NCBI RefSeq assembly: GCF_028641065.1
Contig: NC_073381.1
Span: forward strand, 92,938,001-93,002,000
Source of the DNA: Leucoraja erinacea
Lineage: Eukaryota
DNA: 64,000 nucleotides
Direction of reading: 5' to 3'
The notes under the pieces were generated by a model, which saw only the letters and a list, made by a program, of their open reading frames with translations, did no database searches and had not been told where the DNA came from. A program made the translations under genes and the position numbers. Within the stretch, counting starts at the first letter, position 1, and the number at the start of each line of letters is the position of its first letter. Shown piece by piece: positions 47,401 through 60,962 of this stretch.

Positions 47401-48759
47401 GGAGTTAACTACAATATGTGTTCATAAAAATATAATATTGAGATTATGGTTAGGGCTAGTCTTAACCTTGATAGTGTTCTCTGGAGATTTTTGGTGCCAT
47501 GATGTGATATTTTTATATCAAATATGTGGCTCTAATTTTCTACATTTGGATAATACTGATCAATTCTGTTTATCAGTTCTGTGCTCGAGAACAGTTTACA
47601 TACCTCTGTACATGTGACATGAATAAACCTAAACACCTTCTGTTCGATTTATTGTTGGATATGTTGGTTGGAAGGTATTGTAGCTATAGGAGAAGATGGT
47701 GAAAATTTGGTTGGGAGATCTGAACTCTTGCCATTTAGGTACGGAGTAATATCAACTGGTCATAGGTTGCAGTAATCGTGTTGCATTGATACAGAAAATG
47801 TCCCATTAGTTGTTAAACTGAATCGCATCACCATTTCTATGTGAAAACTCTTCTCATTAATAGTTACAGCAAATTGGAATATATTTCTTTCAAGTATAAG
47901 CACATGCACATTAGATTGCTATGATGTAAATAACTGTATAAATCCAATTGGTGTCATACCTCTTCAATTAGTTATTACGTTATATTGTAGAATTATTTTT
48001 TGTGTTTTTAATGTCATCACAATTTGTAATTATTGGTGGATGGAGCTGTGTTATAGGAGACTGATACAGCAATCTAAAATGAAGTATTACTAAATAGTTG
48101 TACTTGTCCCCTGCCAGGAAAATTGTAAGTGGTAAGGATAATTTTCCTGGAAGATCAGAATAAAAACAAATGTTTGTTTCTCATTGTTTCTAAATTGTAC
48201 ATTGAGACTGTCATTATTAAAGTTTTAAAAATAGTGGAACATTATTATAATCTCTATGATTGAATTCATGTTTGCAGCCCATGAATATGTCCCTTTGTCT
48301 TGTTATACCTGTCTGTCTTCAGCATTTTGTTTTGACATTTCTTGCAAATGTAAGATTGAGATGATTTTGTTGAAATAGACAAAATTCTCAGATGGTTCGA
48401 CATTATGCGAGTCAGTTTTCCGTGATCTCAACATTTGTTGCAGGATGGGGAGGGGGGGGGGGGGCGGCAGCAGCAGCACCTGTCTTAAGACTGAAATGAA
48501 AACATTCTAGACTGAGGTCTCTGGATTTTACCCAAAAGGAGTTTAGTTTATTGTCGCGTGTACCGAGGTACAATGAAAAACTTTTGTTGCATGCTCGCCA
48601 GTCAGCAGAAAAACAATACATGATTACAAGTGATCCATTTACAGTGTATAGATACACGATAAGGGAATAACGTTTAGTGCAAAGTTAAGCCAGCAAAGTC
48701 CGATCAAGGATAGTCCGAGGGTTATCAAAGAGGTAGATAGTAGTTCAGCACTGTTCTCT

Positions 48760-49620
48760 GCTTGTGGTAGGATGATTTTGTTGCCTGATAACAGCAGGGA
48801 AGAAACTGTCCCCGAATCTGGTGGTGTTCGTTTTCACACATTTGCTAGAAGGAAGAAGAGGGAGTGGCCACGGTGCGATTTGTCCTTGCTGAGGCAGTGT
48901 GAGGTATAAACGGAGTCAATAGAAAGGAGGTTTGTTTGTGCAATGTCTGGGTGCAGCCAGAATTCGCTGCAATTTCCTGCGGTCTTGGATGGGGCTGTTC
49001 CCAAACGAAGCTGTGATGCATCTTGATAAAATGTTTTTGATGGTACATCTCATCTGTAGTTGGTGAGAGTTGTAGGGGACACGCCAATTTTCCAACGCCT
49101 TCTTAGGAAGTAGAGGTATTGGCGTGCTTTCTTGGTCATTGCTTCAATATGGGCGATCCGGGAGAAGTTGTTGGAGATTGACTCCTTGTAATTTGAAGTT
49201 TTGAACCATCTCTACTTCGGCACTGTCATTGCCAACTGGGGTATGTGTACTGCTTCGCTTCATGAAGGCGATTACTATCTCCTTTAGCTTGCTGACATTG
49301 TGGGAAAGGTTGTTGTCTCAAAACCAGGTCACAAGGTTCTCAATCTCCTTCCTGTACTCAAGTAAGTCAAGAGAGTTTATTGTCGTGTGTCCCAGATAAG
49401 ACAATGAAATTCTCATCGTTATTTGATATCCGACCCACAATGCTGGTGTCATCTGCAAATTTGGAAATTGAATTAGATTTGTACATGGCTGCTCACTCAT
49501 GGGTATACAAGGAGTAAAGAAGTGGGCTGAGAATGCATTCTTTGCAGAGCACATATGTTGAAGATTATTATGGAGGGTGATTTGTCCCCTATCCTCACTG
49601 ATTGGGGCATTTGATGAAAA
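48760..49620 (-). mobile_element. Degenerate Rex1/L2-type non-LTR fragment (related pieces at about 2820-2975, 7680-7950, 11095-11430, 34440-34790)
   Basis: KFADD-like RT remnant and ESIL..CIT..FGN..QD C-terminal motif. Confidence 0.55.
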
Positions 49621-52600
49621 GTGTAAAATTGTGATGAGCTTTGTTTAAGAGGAAGTATTGGTGGTCTTGATGTATGTCTAGGTGGGTAAATTGCCAGAAC
49701 CTGCCCAAATGCATCATTGGACTTTGTGGGAAGTGAGAAAAGAAATAGCGGAAGCCCTTGCAGAAAGGTTTGCATCATCTTTAGCCACAGGTGATGTTTT
49801 GGGAAACTGGAGGGTAGTTAATATTGCACCATTATTGATAGCAAGGTCAAGCCAAAGAAAGTGCTGGAGGAATTCAGTGGGTCAGGGAGTATCTGTGGAG
49901 GGAATGGACAGATGACGTTTCTGGTTGGAACACTTCTGTGTAAAGTGAGAGGGCAAGGATTTAAAAGAGAGCTGAGGGGTAACCTCTTTACGCAGAGGAT
50001 TTTATGTCCATGGAACAAGCTGCCAGGGAAAATGGTGTGGAAGGTACAAGTCAGCATTTAAATGATGTCTTGACAAGTACATGGATAGGAAAGTTTTAGA
50101 GAGATATTAGCCTAACATAAACAAATAGGTTAAGTTTAGATAGACATCCTGGTCTGCGTGGACGACTTGGGCTGAAGAGTTTCCGAGCTGTATTACTCCA
50201 TGATTCTGTGATAACTCAAATCATGTTTGTAAGATTAGAATTAGAATTAGATTCCTTTATTGTCATTCAGACCTTTTGGTCTGAACGAAATTATGTTGCC
50301 TGCAGTCATACACAGAACCAATAAAAACAAAGCATACAATAAACACAAATTAAACATCCACCACAGTGAGTTCACCAAGCACATCCTCACTATGATGGAG
50401 GCAAAGTCTTAGTCTCCGTCTCTTCCCTCCTTGTTCTCCCTCTGCACTGAGGCGATCGATCCAGGCTGGAGATGCCGCCCTCCAGTCCAGCGGACTTCCG
50501 TGGTGATGTCACCGTGGCCGAAAGCCGGAACGCCGTCTCCGCTCCGAGATGGCCCGCCACAGCATCAGCTTCGGGCAGCCGCTCCGGCTCCCGCAGTCTC
50601 CGCTCCAGGCCGCTGCCCCAGCTCCGGGTCCCGCAGTCTCCGCTCTGCTCCAATATGACTGCCACTCATAAAGTTATGCTGATTATCCCAAATAAGTTTG
50701 TTTTTCCAGTTGTGTGTAGATCTTATACCCACGGACCTTCTCCATAAGTTTACTATACCGAGTAAAGCACAACCTATAATTTTCTTATCTTATCCTATTG
50801 GCTTCTTAAACAAAAGAACAAAATTGGCTTATGTCTTCTGGAATCTTGCCTTTGGTTAAAGAGGATACAATGATCTCAGTCAACACCTCAGCAATCTCCT
50901 CTTCAGCCTCTCTCAATAATCTAGAATAGATCCCCAGGCCCCTGGGACTTATCCACCTTAATTGTCTCCTCCTCGTAAACAACATGCACAAGAATATCAG
51001 CGTACCTTCCCTGACTCACTACCCTTCATATCCTTATACTTTGTGAATACTGATACAAAGTACTCATTTAGTACCTCGCACACTTCTCTACCCCAGACAT
51101 AAATTCCCTCCTTTGCCCATGAGTGATTCTACCTTCATTGAATCTTGCTACACCTTTTTTAATGTATGAAATCCCTTCCGATTCTCTTTAATCCTACTTG
51201 CCAACGAGATTTTATGGCCCCCTTTTGCCCTCCTGAATCTCTGTTTTAAGTTCCTTCCTGTTTCCTTTATATTCCTCAAGGGCTGTCTCTGATTTCAGCT
51301 TCCTAAAGGTTACTCATGCTTCTTTTTTCTATTTGTATAAATGTGCAGCATCTTCCTAAACAGCAGGGAAATAAGTAATTAGAAAGACAAATTATACCTT
51401 GCCTTTAACAGAAGGCGTTTGCATTATAAGAATGATGTCTTTCTCCAGTAAAAGACCAGGAAGCCTAACATCTGTTACAGTATAGGGACATTATTGGAGA
51501 AGAATCTGCAGGATGATATATTACATTTGTAAAGACGGGTTGATGATGAATAGTCTGTAAACATACAAATTTGTTTAGGGATAGTCTGCAAAAGGGTTGA
51601 TTAGGGAAATTCTGCAAACACACAAAGCATCTCTGGAGGACATGGTTTTGGGTTGCGACCCTTCTGACTAATTAAGCTTGTGGAAGAGTTTCAACCCGAA
51701 ATGTCACCCTTCCATGTCCTCCAGAGATGATGCCTGACCCGCTGAGTTGCTCTAGCTCTTTAAGAGAAATGTTTTGCATAGAATATGTTCGTAAGAACAG
51801 AACAAATAGCAGCACATGTATGTCAATTAACTTAAAGCTTCCATTCAAGATCGTGGCTGCTTTTTTTTAAACCTTAGTGCACAATCTTTAACCTGAAAGC
51901 ACAATCACCATATCTCTTCAATCCTTTAATAAACTGTTGATTTCTGTTTTGAATATGCTGAATTTCTAGGATAGGGATTTCCAAAAATGTGCCACCTTTT
52001 GGTTGAGGGAATGTCTTTTCGTTCTTTTTGTCTATTTTAGGACTGTCATCCCTGGTTCTGGACAACCAAGCCAGGGAAAGCATTAACTTGCAACTGCCCT
52101 GATTAGGCATGTAAAGATATGCTTCAATAAGATCTTTTGTCATTTTACTAAACTCAAGAAAGAGTAAGCACCATCTGCTTAATCTCTTCCTATAAAACAA
52201 ACATGTCTTCCTGAGAATTAATATGGCGAATCTTTTTTGCTCTCTCTCAATGTAATATCCCTTTCCTTTGGGTCAGAGATTGGATCTTCTTGGGTTAGAG
52301 AGATTAGACTAGTATATATTCCAGATGTGATCTTGCCCCGACTCACTATCGAGCATAGATACAGGCCCTTTCATCCATAGCTTTCACCATTATTACTTTA
52401 AAATCATCGGAATTATGGTCACAAAGTGTTTCCTCACTGACCTCAGTCACTTGGCGTTCCTCCCTCCCCAAGAAGAGATCCAAAGTTGTGCCCTCTCTAG
52501 TACGACCCTCTAAATATTGATAAAGGAAGATTTATTGGTCGCATTAAACAAATTCCACCCTGTTCAAGCCCTTTACACGTTTGGGGACCCAATCAATATT

Positions 52601-55600
52601 AGGGACGTTAAAATGTTCAACTAATACTACCTCAATGTTCAGAGCTATCTGCAATCTCTCTGCACCCGATTCTATATCTCTCTCTATCTCTCCTCCTCAA
52701 GTCTATATATCCGTGTTTACTTCTGCCTCCTCAAAATGGCGATCCCTTTCTCTCATGCCTGCTCCTCTAACACGTCCATAGCATATTTATCCTGGAACAT
52801 TGAGCTACCAGTTTTGCCCTTCTCTTAGCCACGTTTCTGTCATGGCTATAAAATCCCAGACTCTGGGACATGCCATGCCCTGAGATTATTTGCCTTGCTT
52901 GTTAAGCCTCATGCATTGAAATTAATGTAGTCTAAATCTTTGAAGAAGTGACCAAGATGATTGAGGGTAGGGCAGTGAAAGTTATATTTATGGACTCTAC
53001 TAAAAAGCATTTGACAAGGTCCCTCAAGGTAGACTAATCCAAAAAATGAAGTTGCGTGTGATCCACAGTGATTTGGTAGATTGGATTCACAATTAGCCAC
53101 ATGAAGCCAATTCTGCATCCATTTAGCTAGCTCTTTCTGGATCCCATGCAATCTCACCGCCCAGAACAGTCTGCAGTGCAAATCATTATCACTGGCCTTA
53201 CAGAATTCCATATAGACTACATTTAGAGCCCTGCCCTCACCAACCTCTTGGTTACTTATTCAAAATACTCAATCAAATTTGTGAGACATGATCCCCCATG
53301 CACAAAACCATGTTGACTATCCCAAATCAACCACTATATTTCTAAATGAATGTGTATCTAATACCTCAGATTCCTCTCCAGTAAATATCCTACCATGGAT
53401 GTTAGGCTCACTTGTCTATAGTTTGCAGGTTTTCTTTGCAGTCCTTAAATAAAGGAACAACGTTAGCCACTCTCCAGTCTTCCAGCAGCTCATTTGTATC
53501 TTATGACGATTTGTATGTTTCAGCCAGGAATCCTGCAGTCTCTTCTCTTGCTTCCCATTGCATCCTTGGGAATACCTAATCAGGCTTGGGGGATGTATCT
53601 GCTTTACATTTTAAGATGGCCTGAACCTTCTCCACTGTCTGGAATGTCCTTGAGATATCTGTGTTAACTTTCCCAAGTACCTTAGTCTTCATATCCTTCT
53701 CCAGAGTAAAAACATGTGTTTCACAAAGATCAGTGATGGGGCCTCTGTTTGTGAAATGACTTGGATATAAATGTCTGAAGAAGAGTCTCGACCCGAAATG
53801 TCACCCATTCCTTCTCTCCAGAGATGTTGCCTGTTCTGCTGAGTTACTCCAGCATTTTGTGTCTTCCTTGGATATAAATGTAGATGGGCAAAATAGTAAG
53901 TTTGCAGACAACACAAAAAATAGTGAACAGTGTGGACAGTAACATTTGTTATCACATGATTTGCCAAGATATAGATCAGTTGAAAATTTGGGCAGATAAA
54001 TGACGGTTTAATCTTGACAAGTGATGTATTTAGGAAGTCAAGCATAAGACAAACGTGTACAATTAATGATAGGACTGTTTGGAACATTAATGTACGGAGG
54101 GATCTTGGGGTTCTTGAAAGTGGCAACACAAGTACTTAATATGGTAAAGATGGTTTGTAGCATAGTTGCTTTTATCATTTGGGGCAGTGAATATAAAATT
54201 TGAGAGGCCATTTTACTGCATGAAAACGAGCTTATCAGCTCAACTTGTTCATGCCAACCAAGATGCCCATCTATGTTAGTCCCATTTTCCTGAGTTTGCC
54301 CAATATCCTTCTAAACCTTTCCTGTCCATTTTATAGTATAAAAGTTTGTGTAGCCCACATTTGCAGCATTGTATACTGTACATTCTGGTTGTCACATTGA
54401 AGGAAAGATGTGATGGCTTTGGAGAGGCTGCAGAAGAAATTCACCAGGATGTTGCTTCAAATAATGGGTATTGGCTCTGAGGAATTTTTTTTTCTCTGGA
54501 GAGTCGGAGGTTCAGGGGTGACCTATAGAAGGACATACGATTGTGAGAGGCATAGTTAGGGTAAGTAGTCGTTTTTTTTCACTAGGTGGAAATGTCAGAT
54601 TTTGGCAGGCACAGCTTTAACGTGAGATGTTTTTTTTTTAAGATGTACGATGCAAGTATTTTTTTCACGGACAGTGGTAGGTGCCTAGCATGCACAGCTG
54701 GAGAGGCGGTTGAAACAGTTTAGATAGCTACATTTAATAGGCATTTAGACAAATGTATGAAAAGTCAGGGAATCTTACCCGCACATGATATAGACCATGT
54801 AATATTTGCATAAGGACCCCCATGTGTCTTTGTACACCATTGTTATTTTTTGCTTGAAGTAAGTTTTTTTCCAGTGACTGAAGAAATGTTTCTGTTTATA
54901 TTACATCAACCTGCAAACCCTAAAATACATTCCCGTCATCTAAGAACATTTCAATGTACTGTCATTGGAATGCTTAGAATGTTCACAGACACGTTCCACA
55001 GACTGAATGAGTTAAAAGATCTGATTTAGTCATATTAGCCATGGCACAGAAGGGACTTGCACCCCTACCCCACCTCAGGCCGTGCTGTCATTTATTTCTG
55101 GAGTGTCTGTTGAGATAATTGACAAGAGTTGGGTATAAAGTTCTCACCCAACAACGTATTCTAGGAACAAAATTCAAGGATGTATGAAGGTGAATGTGTC
55201 AGATATCTTTAGTGAGATTTGAACTTGTGACCCTCTGTAAGCAGTGAGCAAATGCTGCAACCTAAAATGTACAAGCGTGATTTATGATGTAATTCTTTTT
55301 CGAGTAGTTTGGGCAGAGAATAAAAAAAAGTTCAAGATGATAAACCCAGGTTCCTTAATTGCAACATTGTTGGCTGATGACCGGCAGAGATTGAGGTTGA
55401 AGTGGATGGTTAATGAAGAAAATGGTTTTGATGACTGCATGTGGAAAAATGCCCTGTATTTCTAACTTCCATTTAAGGAAAAGTTCTCGGGGTAGGAATG
55501 ACTATTACGTTGAAAGAAAAGTCTCTGTCTCTATGCAGCAGTGAAACTATGCATAGAGTGTCTGTGGTTATTAAAGCATCCGTAAAACCTGGGTATTTAT

Positions 55601-56884
55601 AGCCTGAAAGCTATTTTATGTGAAATATTAGAAGTTGATGTGGTAACTGTTTCATCTCCCATTTTAAGCAATGGAATCCAACCCTTTCCCTAATAAGGGA
55701 ATGGCCAATGTGCAAACTGCATTAGGACTGAGTAATTGGTAAAATGAGGCACAGTCTAAAGTATAGATAGTAATGGCCAAGAAAATGATTGTCGTATGGG
55801 TTGGAGGTGGGGGTTGGTTCATGGCCCCAGCGATGAGCCGAAGGAGCTTTCCTGCTCTTAATTCTGTTACTAACTTTGATGCACACTGACAACAATGGTA
55901 TAAGTAGGTTCTGTGGATTAATTTGTTCACTTATCTGGTTTCCAAAGTTTCAATTCTGAATCATGTTACCCAAAACTACAAGTTGCAACTGAAAACAATT
56001 CTACCAATTCCCACAACACAAAGAGATTTAACTGACTTTGTTTTTTTGCATTTTTATTGTAGCCATACAAATTTTCTTTTATTCAACCAAAAAAATCAAT
56101 TGTCATTATTATCTCCTGATTGGACTTTCTGGCTGAGTTTATGAAGGCCCAAGGGAGGTTGCAGAAAAATGTTTTGGCAGTAAGGAATTTCAATTGTTAC
56201 TAGAGAAGATATAGCAAGCAGCCTCCTTGGGCCAAAGAAGTTTAAGAACAGATAAAGTTGTACAACATCATAACTAGTTTAGAGTAACTGGAGAGACTTT
56301 GTGCTTGCTCATCAGAAGATAACTAAATGGATTAGGATACAGAGAGTTCAATAGTTTTTTTGATCAAAAGTCTATGAAAGAAAAGTATGCAGTCTTTTAG
56401 TTTAGTTTAGAGATACAATGTGGAAACAGGCCCTTCGGCCCACTGAGTCCGTACCGATCATCGATCACCCTGTAAGCTAATTCTACCTACACACTCAGGA
56501 CAATTTACAGAAGCCAATTAACCTACAAGCATTCCCTTGGGAATGTGGAAGGAAACCAGAGCACCCAGAGAAATCCCACGCAAGGGGAGAACGTATAAAC
56601 TCCATACAGACAGCACCTGTAGTCAAATTTGAATCCTGGTCTCTGGCGCTATAAGGCACCAACTCTACCGCTGTGCCACTGCCACCCAGCCAGCGGTTGT
56701 TTTCCAGAATTGGGTGTCTGCACCCTTTACTTTTTCTCTGCTGTTGTTGATAATTGATACCTGTAACAATTTTTTTGTTGAAAATTAGGCACAAGTTGCT
56801 GCAGATGCTGGTATCTGGAGCAACAAATAATATGGAGGAACTCGGCAGGTTCAGCAGCATCTGAAGTGGTGGTGCTGTGTGTGT

Positions 56885-56916
<32 letters not shown>

Positions 56917-57032
56917 ATTGTCATTTATTTTGCCTATCAGGCTGGCCTGTCAACAATTTGGTAGTTTCATGATCACCTTTGCATTTTTTTTAAATATTTA
57001 ATTTCTGGATAAGTGCATTGCTGCAAGTCCAA

Positions 57033-57238
57033 AGGGCCTGTCCCACACGCAATTGTTTTTTTTTCGGAGACTTGCCAGCACCCGTCGCGGGGTGACTCCT
57101 GTATGGTCGTGGGTAGTCGCCCAAATAGTCGTACCTTTTTCTGATCGCCGCTGGATTTTCAACGTTGAAAATTTTCACCCACCTGCTGCGATTATGACGG
57201 GAAGTTGCCGAAGAAATTGCATAAGTGGGACAGGCCCT
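57033..57238. mobile_element. PIF/Harbinger-like MITE
   Basis: AGGGCCTGTCCCAC ... GTGGGACAGGCCCT TIRs; flanks CAA/TAA. Confidence 0.7.
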
Positions 57239-57880
57239 TAACATTAATTACTCTGCCCTAACTCCTCCTGTGAAGCTTGTTGAGATACCATTCTGGATTG
57301 CTGCATTTAATGTGAAGGTGCTCCCAAAGTGTGATACCTTGTTCTAGCCAGATAAAATGGTATCCTTTAATCTTCTCCGAACCTTCTATGAATTTTGTAA
57401 ATGTCAATGAGATTGCCTCGCATTCTTCCAAACTCCAGTGTGTCTGCTTGATCATGCGTGCAACAAACCTGCCACCCCAGGAATATCGTGAGGCCCTGCT
57501 GCGCTTTCAGCATTATGAATATCTTTGTAAAATTCTAAAAAAAGGATTCTTATAATTGGAACGTCTATATTTGCTTCATCCTGCACATAAGGCTAGCGCA
57601 TAGCATGTCTTTCTAATTGATTCCTGCTGTAGTATGTTGTGATGCATCAGGAGTGGGGAGGGTTACTGGCAGTTGAGAGGCACATCCATTGCTTTGGCAG
57701 CAGTTGAGATTGGGCACTGATGAGAGCTAGGAGGGTGTGACAGCAAGATGTGGTGATGCAGAACCCTCGGTTTTCGACTTTAAGACGGGTGCAAGATGTG
57801 TAGAGATCCAAAGGCAGCAAAAGTAGCACCCTTGTTCAAGAAAGGTATAATAAGAACTAAGGACACGCCTATCACGAGTT

Positions 57881-58218
57881 TTAGAAACATAGAAACATAG
57901 AAAATAGGTGCAGGAGTAGGCCATTCGGCCCTTCGAGCCTGCACCGCCATTCAATATGATCATGGCTGATCATCCAACTCAGTATCCTGTACCTGCCTTC
58001 TCACCATACCCTTTAGCCACAATGACCACATCTAACTCCCTCTTAAATATAGCCAATGAACTGGCCTCAACTACCTTCTGAGGCAGAGAATTCCAGAGAT
58101 TCACCACTCTGTGAAAAATTTTCTCATCTCGGTCCTAAAAGATATTCCCCTTATCCTTAAACTGTGACCCCTTGTTCTGGACTTTCCCAACATCGGGAAC
58201 AATATTCCTGCATCTAGC
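57881..58218 (-). mobile_element. CR1/HER1-like 3' end
   Basis: (TAGAAACA)n tail; near-identical to 6471-6825. Confidence 0.85.
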
Positions 58219-58440
58219 TATGTTTTCAATGTTTTCAAATTGTGTAAAGCATTAAGCAGTTTGTAATAGAGAGCTTAAGAAAATACGATTGGCAAAATAT
58301 TGGAAAATAAAATTATTTTGATCGTTAAATCTTGAGAATATCTAGCTGGATATATGAGGGGAAATAACGTGATATATTTGTATTTTTAAAAGGTACCATG
58401 GAAGATTATTTAAAAATAAACGGGTTCAGTTTTGCTAATA

Positions 58441-60178
58441 GGGTGATTTCACGAAAGGTCACTGGAGCGTAGATCCGCACCCACGTGACCGAAAATTTGA
58501 AGTGGAGTACACGCTATACTTCCGGTACATGTTAGTGAATGGGAAAACACGCACTTTCACACCCGCTAAAAACATCGAAAACGGCCAGTTTTTGAGCTGC
58601 AATTTACTGTGCCAGTTGGGGCGACCGTGAGGCACAGCTACCTAAATTTACAGTCCAAAAAAAAGATAGAAACTAAGGTAATTTCGAGAGGGAGCTGAAG
58701 GTGCAAATCCAGCGGAAGTGATCAGCGGACATTTGTCGTGGAGATTTAAAGATCCAAAATATCGGGAATTATTGCGTTTGCTCGCTGCATTTCATCAAAA
58801 GTAAGGCATTATTGACTTTTTTATCTTTATTCATTTGTTATATGAAAAGTTTTAAAAGTGAAAAATCCGTCAGTAAAATTGCAAAATAGCCCATGGTTCT
58901 CAGGTGGGTTTTAACATGCAAACTGAAAACGCTTCTGAAGCTACATTTACCATTTAAATAATCATAAACTATCAATGCGTTTTGAAATAAATTTTCCTCA
59001 GATGCAAGCTAAGGAATGGAATAATTGTCAGCTGTTAGTTGGACCAAATTAGGATATTTTATTATTTGCCAAAATCAGGATTGTTGACATCATTCCATGC
59101 TGCAGGCTTATCTGTTATCAGATGACAAATAAATAAATAAATAAATAAGTAGTTTGGGTGAATGTGCAGGCTTTAAACAAGAAACATTGAGAAATATATT
59201 TTGGCAAATAATAAAATGTCCTAATTTTATTCCTGCTTTTTCCAAATATCCCTCGATTCATTAGCCCCAAGAGTTAAATCTAGCTCTTGAAAACATCCAG
59301 TGAATTGGCATCCACTGCTTTCTGTGGTAAAGAATTCGGCAGATTCACAACTTTCTGGGTGAAAATGTTTCTCGTCATCTCAGTTTTAAATGGCCTACCC
59401 CATATTTTTAAACTGTGATGCCTGGTTCTGGACTCCCCCAACATCGGGAATATTTTTCCTGCATCTAGCCTTTAAGAATTGTATATGTTTCTTTAAGATC
59501 TCTTCTCGTCCTAAATTCCAGTGAATACAAGCCCAGTCTTTCATCATATGTCAGTCCTGCCAATAATAAAATGTCCTAATTTTGTCCAACTAACAGCTGA
59601 CAATTATCCCATTCCTTAGCTTGCATCTGAGGAAATTTTTTTTTCAAAACGCATTGATAGTTTACGATTATTTAAATGGTAAATGTAGCTTCAGAAGCTT
59701 TTTCATTTTGCATGTTAAAACCCACCTGAGAACCATGGGCGATTTTGCAATTTTACGGAAGGATTTTTCACTTTTAAAACTTTTCATATAACAAATGAAT
59801 AAAGATAAAGTCAATAATGCCTTACTTTTGATGAAATGCAGCGAGCAAGCGCGATAATTCCCGATATTTTGGATCTTTAAATCTCCACGACAAATGTCCG
59901 CTGATCACTTCCGCTGGATTTGCACCTTCAGCTCCCTCTTGAATTTACCTTAGTTTCTATCTTTTTTTTGGACTGTAAATTTAGGTAGCTGTGCCTCACG
60001 GTCACCCCGACTGGCACAGTAAATTGCAGCTCAAAAACTGGCCGTTTTCAATGTTTTTAACGGGTGTGAAAGTGCGTGTTTTCCCATTCACTAACATGTA
60101 CCGGAAGTATAGCGTGTACTCCACTTCAAATTTTCGGTCACGTGGGGCGCGCTCCAGTGACCTTTCGTGAAATCACCC
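58441..60178. mobile_element. Foldback non-autonomous DNA transposon with about 630-bp inverted arms
   Basis: TA-GGGTGATTTCACGAAAGGTCACTGGAGC ... GCTCCAGTGACCTTTCGTGAAATCACCC-TA; left arm to about 59074; right arm 59199-59228 plus 59584-60178. Confidence 0.9.
59229..59561 (-). mobile_element. CR1/HER1-like fragment inserted in the right arm of the foldback element
   Basis: Homologous to about 6580-6940; flanked by the direct repeat AATAATAAAATGTCCTAATTTT. Confidence 0.85.
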
Positions 60179-60831
60179 TATACATAAGCAAAGATCGATG
60201 ATCGGTTAATGGGAAAGAAATATAATAAGAATAAATGGATCGGTTGTGGTCAGCAGGCAATTAAGTTGTCCTTGATCCTGAGGGGCTGCCTAGGAAAAAT
60301 AGTGTACAGAAGGAGATGCACTGAAGCTTATGCTCTTAAGTTTTGTTTATAATCTGGATGAAAAGACAGTTTAACAAAGGTAATAGGGAAGGGAATGAAA
60401 AACAAAAGAAACGGGAAATGCTCAGCACTACTCGATAAAATGTTCAGGCCAAAGACTGTTGGTATGACCAAGGAATGTGGGGAAACAAAGTTGGTTTTAA
60501 ATTACAGAGATGAGGGGAGGGAATAAAAGAGCAAAGACAATATCTCTAAGGTGAGGCAAGGGTCACCTGTCCGATCCTAATGTTTATGGAGTCATCTGGT
60601 TAAAAGATTAATTACGCCAAAGAGAGAGAGAGAGAGAATATACAAGGCAATGAACATGTTATGACTTCAAAATACAAGTCCAGTCCTGTTGCTCAAACCT
60701 AAATGCAAATGGAGAATGAAGAAATTTGCAATAATCATGCAATGTGTATAAGTTGAAAGAAAAAATCCATATTAGAAATGGTTAACCTTACATGATAATG
60801 GATTCAGCCAGATGAATGAATATGTGAGTGG

Positions 60832-60962
60832 TGTAGGAAAGAACTGCAGATGCTGGTTTAAATCGAAGATAGACACAAAATGCTTGAGTAACTCAGCGGG
60901 ACAGGCAGCATCTCTGGAGAGAAGGAATGGGTGACGTTTCGGGTCGAGGCCCTTCTTCAGAC
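60832..60962 (-). ncRNA. Representative stand-alone minimal hammerhead-ribozyme module (about 20 related copies in the window)
   Basis: Minus strand reads gtCTGAAGAagggcctcgacccGAAACGTCacc; flanked by the direct repeat TATGTGAGTGG. Confidence 0.7.
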
